Below are positions 47,483 to 64,000 of a DNA stretch of 64,000 nt, one piece after another. How positions within the stretch are numbered: the first letter of the stretch is position 1; each line of letters starts with the position of its first letter. The notes under the pieces are model-generated. The model saw only the letters and a program-made list of their open reading frames with translations. It was not told where the DNA came from and ran no database searches. The DNA is from Sphaerodactylus townsendi. Its lineage: Eukaryota. The DNA lies in NCBI RefSeq assembly GCF_021028975.2, contig NC_059430.1, positions 38,998,001 to 39,062,000 of the forward strand, written 5' to 3'. The position numbers and the translations under genes were made by a program.

Positions 47483-48899
47483 CTCTTGGCAGGCTTAAGC
47501 CTAGGGCCTTAAAATTTAGGGGGCTTCCAGCTAAGGTGTATAATATTTTTGACACTGTCATAGTCCTTTCTTACACATGCTGTCATGACGCACTTTAGTC
47601 TATGGTATTTAACAATAACGTCTTATGTCCTTTAGAGGAGGAATTGTGAACAGTGTAATTTTAAACACCCATCATAATCCTAATCTTTACTCAATTTTGT
47701 TTAAAACACTCTTCTATCTTTTCCAGTCATGAGGGTGGGGGATTGGGAGGGATCTCACCAGTGGAGCAGCCTAGGGCCTCCCTTTATCTAAATCTGGTAC
47801 TGGCTTCCAGGTGCTATTTGAAGTGTGTCAGGATTAAGTTTCACTTTGTAAATTTCACTTTCCCTTGTAAGTTTCATTTCCCTGAATCCCCTGGCTCCCA
47901 CCCACTATGAAGACCCGCCCACCCCCCACCCCTTATATATACTGGGACTGAGGGCAAGAACCCTCAGTTCCAGCACCCTGTAGCTAGGGTGACATAAATC
48001 AATAAAGTTTTTTTTTTTATAAAGTCTACTTCGTTTGAGTGTGTTCAGCCTTACAAGTGAAGTGGTTCTCTCTACTCCCGCCCTTCCAGTTGTTTCAGGC
48101 GTAAATGAATTATGAGCAGTTAGTCGGTTTTAAACTCTTCTATGTTTATTGATTTAGATATTTAAACCCCACTTTCCCTTCATTTGGGGGCCAAAGGCTT
48201 TCAACATCATTCTCCCCATTCTTCAGTTTGATTGTAGCTAGGATATTCTATTGGCACTTCTAAATCATTCTAAAGAATCAATGCCATCTGGAATAGGAAT
48301 TGTAATGTTTTATTGCCATTATTATTTTAAGCTTGTTGCTAGAATATGTTATCAAGTTTTGTTAGCTGCTCAGAGCCTGGCTGTCAGGTCTGGAAGAGTG
48401 GGATATTAAATCCAGTAAATTAAAAATAAATATTTAAAAATCTTATCTTCACTGCAATCCTGTGAGATTACTGCTGACCCAAGGTTAACCAATAAGTTTA
48501 ATGGCTGAGTGGAGATTTGAAGTTGGATCTTTTAGGTTCTAGGTTCGACCCTGGATTTTTCATTGGGATATAAATAAGCTTTATTATAGTAAAACAGTTA
48601 CTTTTAATGGGCCAAAGCTTCTGGAAACCATGAATCTGAATGGAAACGTCTATGAGTGAATCTTTACAGTTGGCATGTTTAGAGATTAGTCCGGGCATGT
48701 TCCAACAGCATGACTCATATCATGTCAACTCTTTTCATCAGCTCACTACAGCTGAAAGGAATCTATTTCAGCTCTCTGTCATCAGCAGGGGCTATCCCGA
48801 ACCCGGATATTTCTGCCACAAAGAGGCAAAAGTAAACATTGGAAAACCCCACACACTACCATAATATAGTCTTAATATTTTATTCGCTTATGTTGGCGA

Positions 48900-49395
48900 C
48901 TTTCAAATGAACAACGCTTTCTGATTGGTCATAACGACACATTTCCCGCCTTCTTTTCTAACCTCACCTCCCTTTTCGCGATCCTGTTTTGTGATTGATG
49001 AGAATTCTGCTTCGTAGCTCTCATTTAAATATTTAGCTGGATTGGTGACGAGCTTTGTTTATCAAGAATTCTTCGCTCCCATTGGTCTCGAGGTGCTAAA
49101 ACGTAGGGGGTGGTTCTACCTTCAAGGTTATTAAAGGGGTGGCGCGGTACAGCCGCTTCTGAATTTATCCAGCCTGCAGGAAGCGGAAGGGGGCGGGGGA
49201 AAGATGAATCGAAAGAGGCGTGGCTGATGAATATGAATAATCCTATGACAGCTGTCATAGAACTATAGTAATTTTTAATGAGGAGGCATGGTGATTGGTG
49301 AGAAAGATAATAAATTAAGTAGTTCTGCATAATTTACGCGAGGCTGGGCGGGGTCTATGCTAATGAGGCGGGAGAAGGAGACCGGGGCTGGCAAG
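48900..49395 (+). promoter_or_regulatory. GTPBP1 promoter with four inverted CCAAT boxes, E2F-like sites and a GC box
   Basis: ATTGG at 48924, 49041, 49081, 49294; TTTCCCGCC 48942-48950; TTTTCGCG 48973-48980; GGGGCGGGG 49190-49198; YY1-like AAGATGGCGGC over the start codon. Confidence 0.65.
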
Positions 49396-63999
<14,604 letters not shown>

Positions 64000-64000
64000 A

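Noticed and set aside
49357-49395. In-frame upstream ATG extending GTPBP1 by 13 aa
   Set aside because: Poor Kozak context and probably at or upstream of the TSS; MAAERSRS at 49396 matches the known N-terminus.

Overview
Vertebrate genomic DNA, not prokaryotic. The repeat content (Sauria-type SINEs, CR1, Penelope-like elements, SPIN/OC1-like hAT MITEs) points to a squamate reptile, probably a gecko. The window holds the syntenic block FAM227A(-, 5' part, runs off the left edge) / CBY1(+) / TOMM22(+) / JOSD1(-) / GTPBP1(+), the same order as human 22q13.1. I assembled exon structures by hand from splice sites and reading phase: CBY1 126 aa, TOMM22 140 aa, JOSD1 202 aa, GTPBP1 670 aa, FAM227A 340 codons so far. 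Points worth a second look: (1) several Penelope-type minimal hammerhead ribozyme motifs, including a 248-bp fold-back insertion with a 12-bp target duplication that carries two back-to-back hammerheads, one intact and one core-mutated; (2) a textbook U12 (minor spliceosome) intron in FAM227A; (3) a frame-preserving 42-nt microexon candidate and a poison-exon candidate in GTPBP1; (4) a JOSD1 5'UTR packed with uORFs; (5) palindromic MITEs carrying ZNF143-like motifs, plus SPIN/OC1-like hAT elements. All family assignments come from recognising the sequence; no searches were run.
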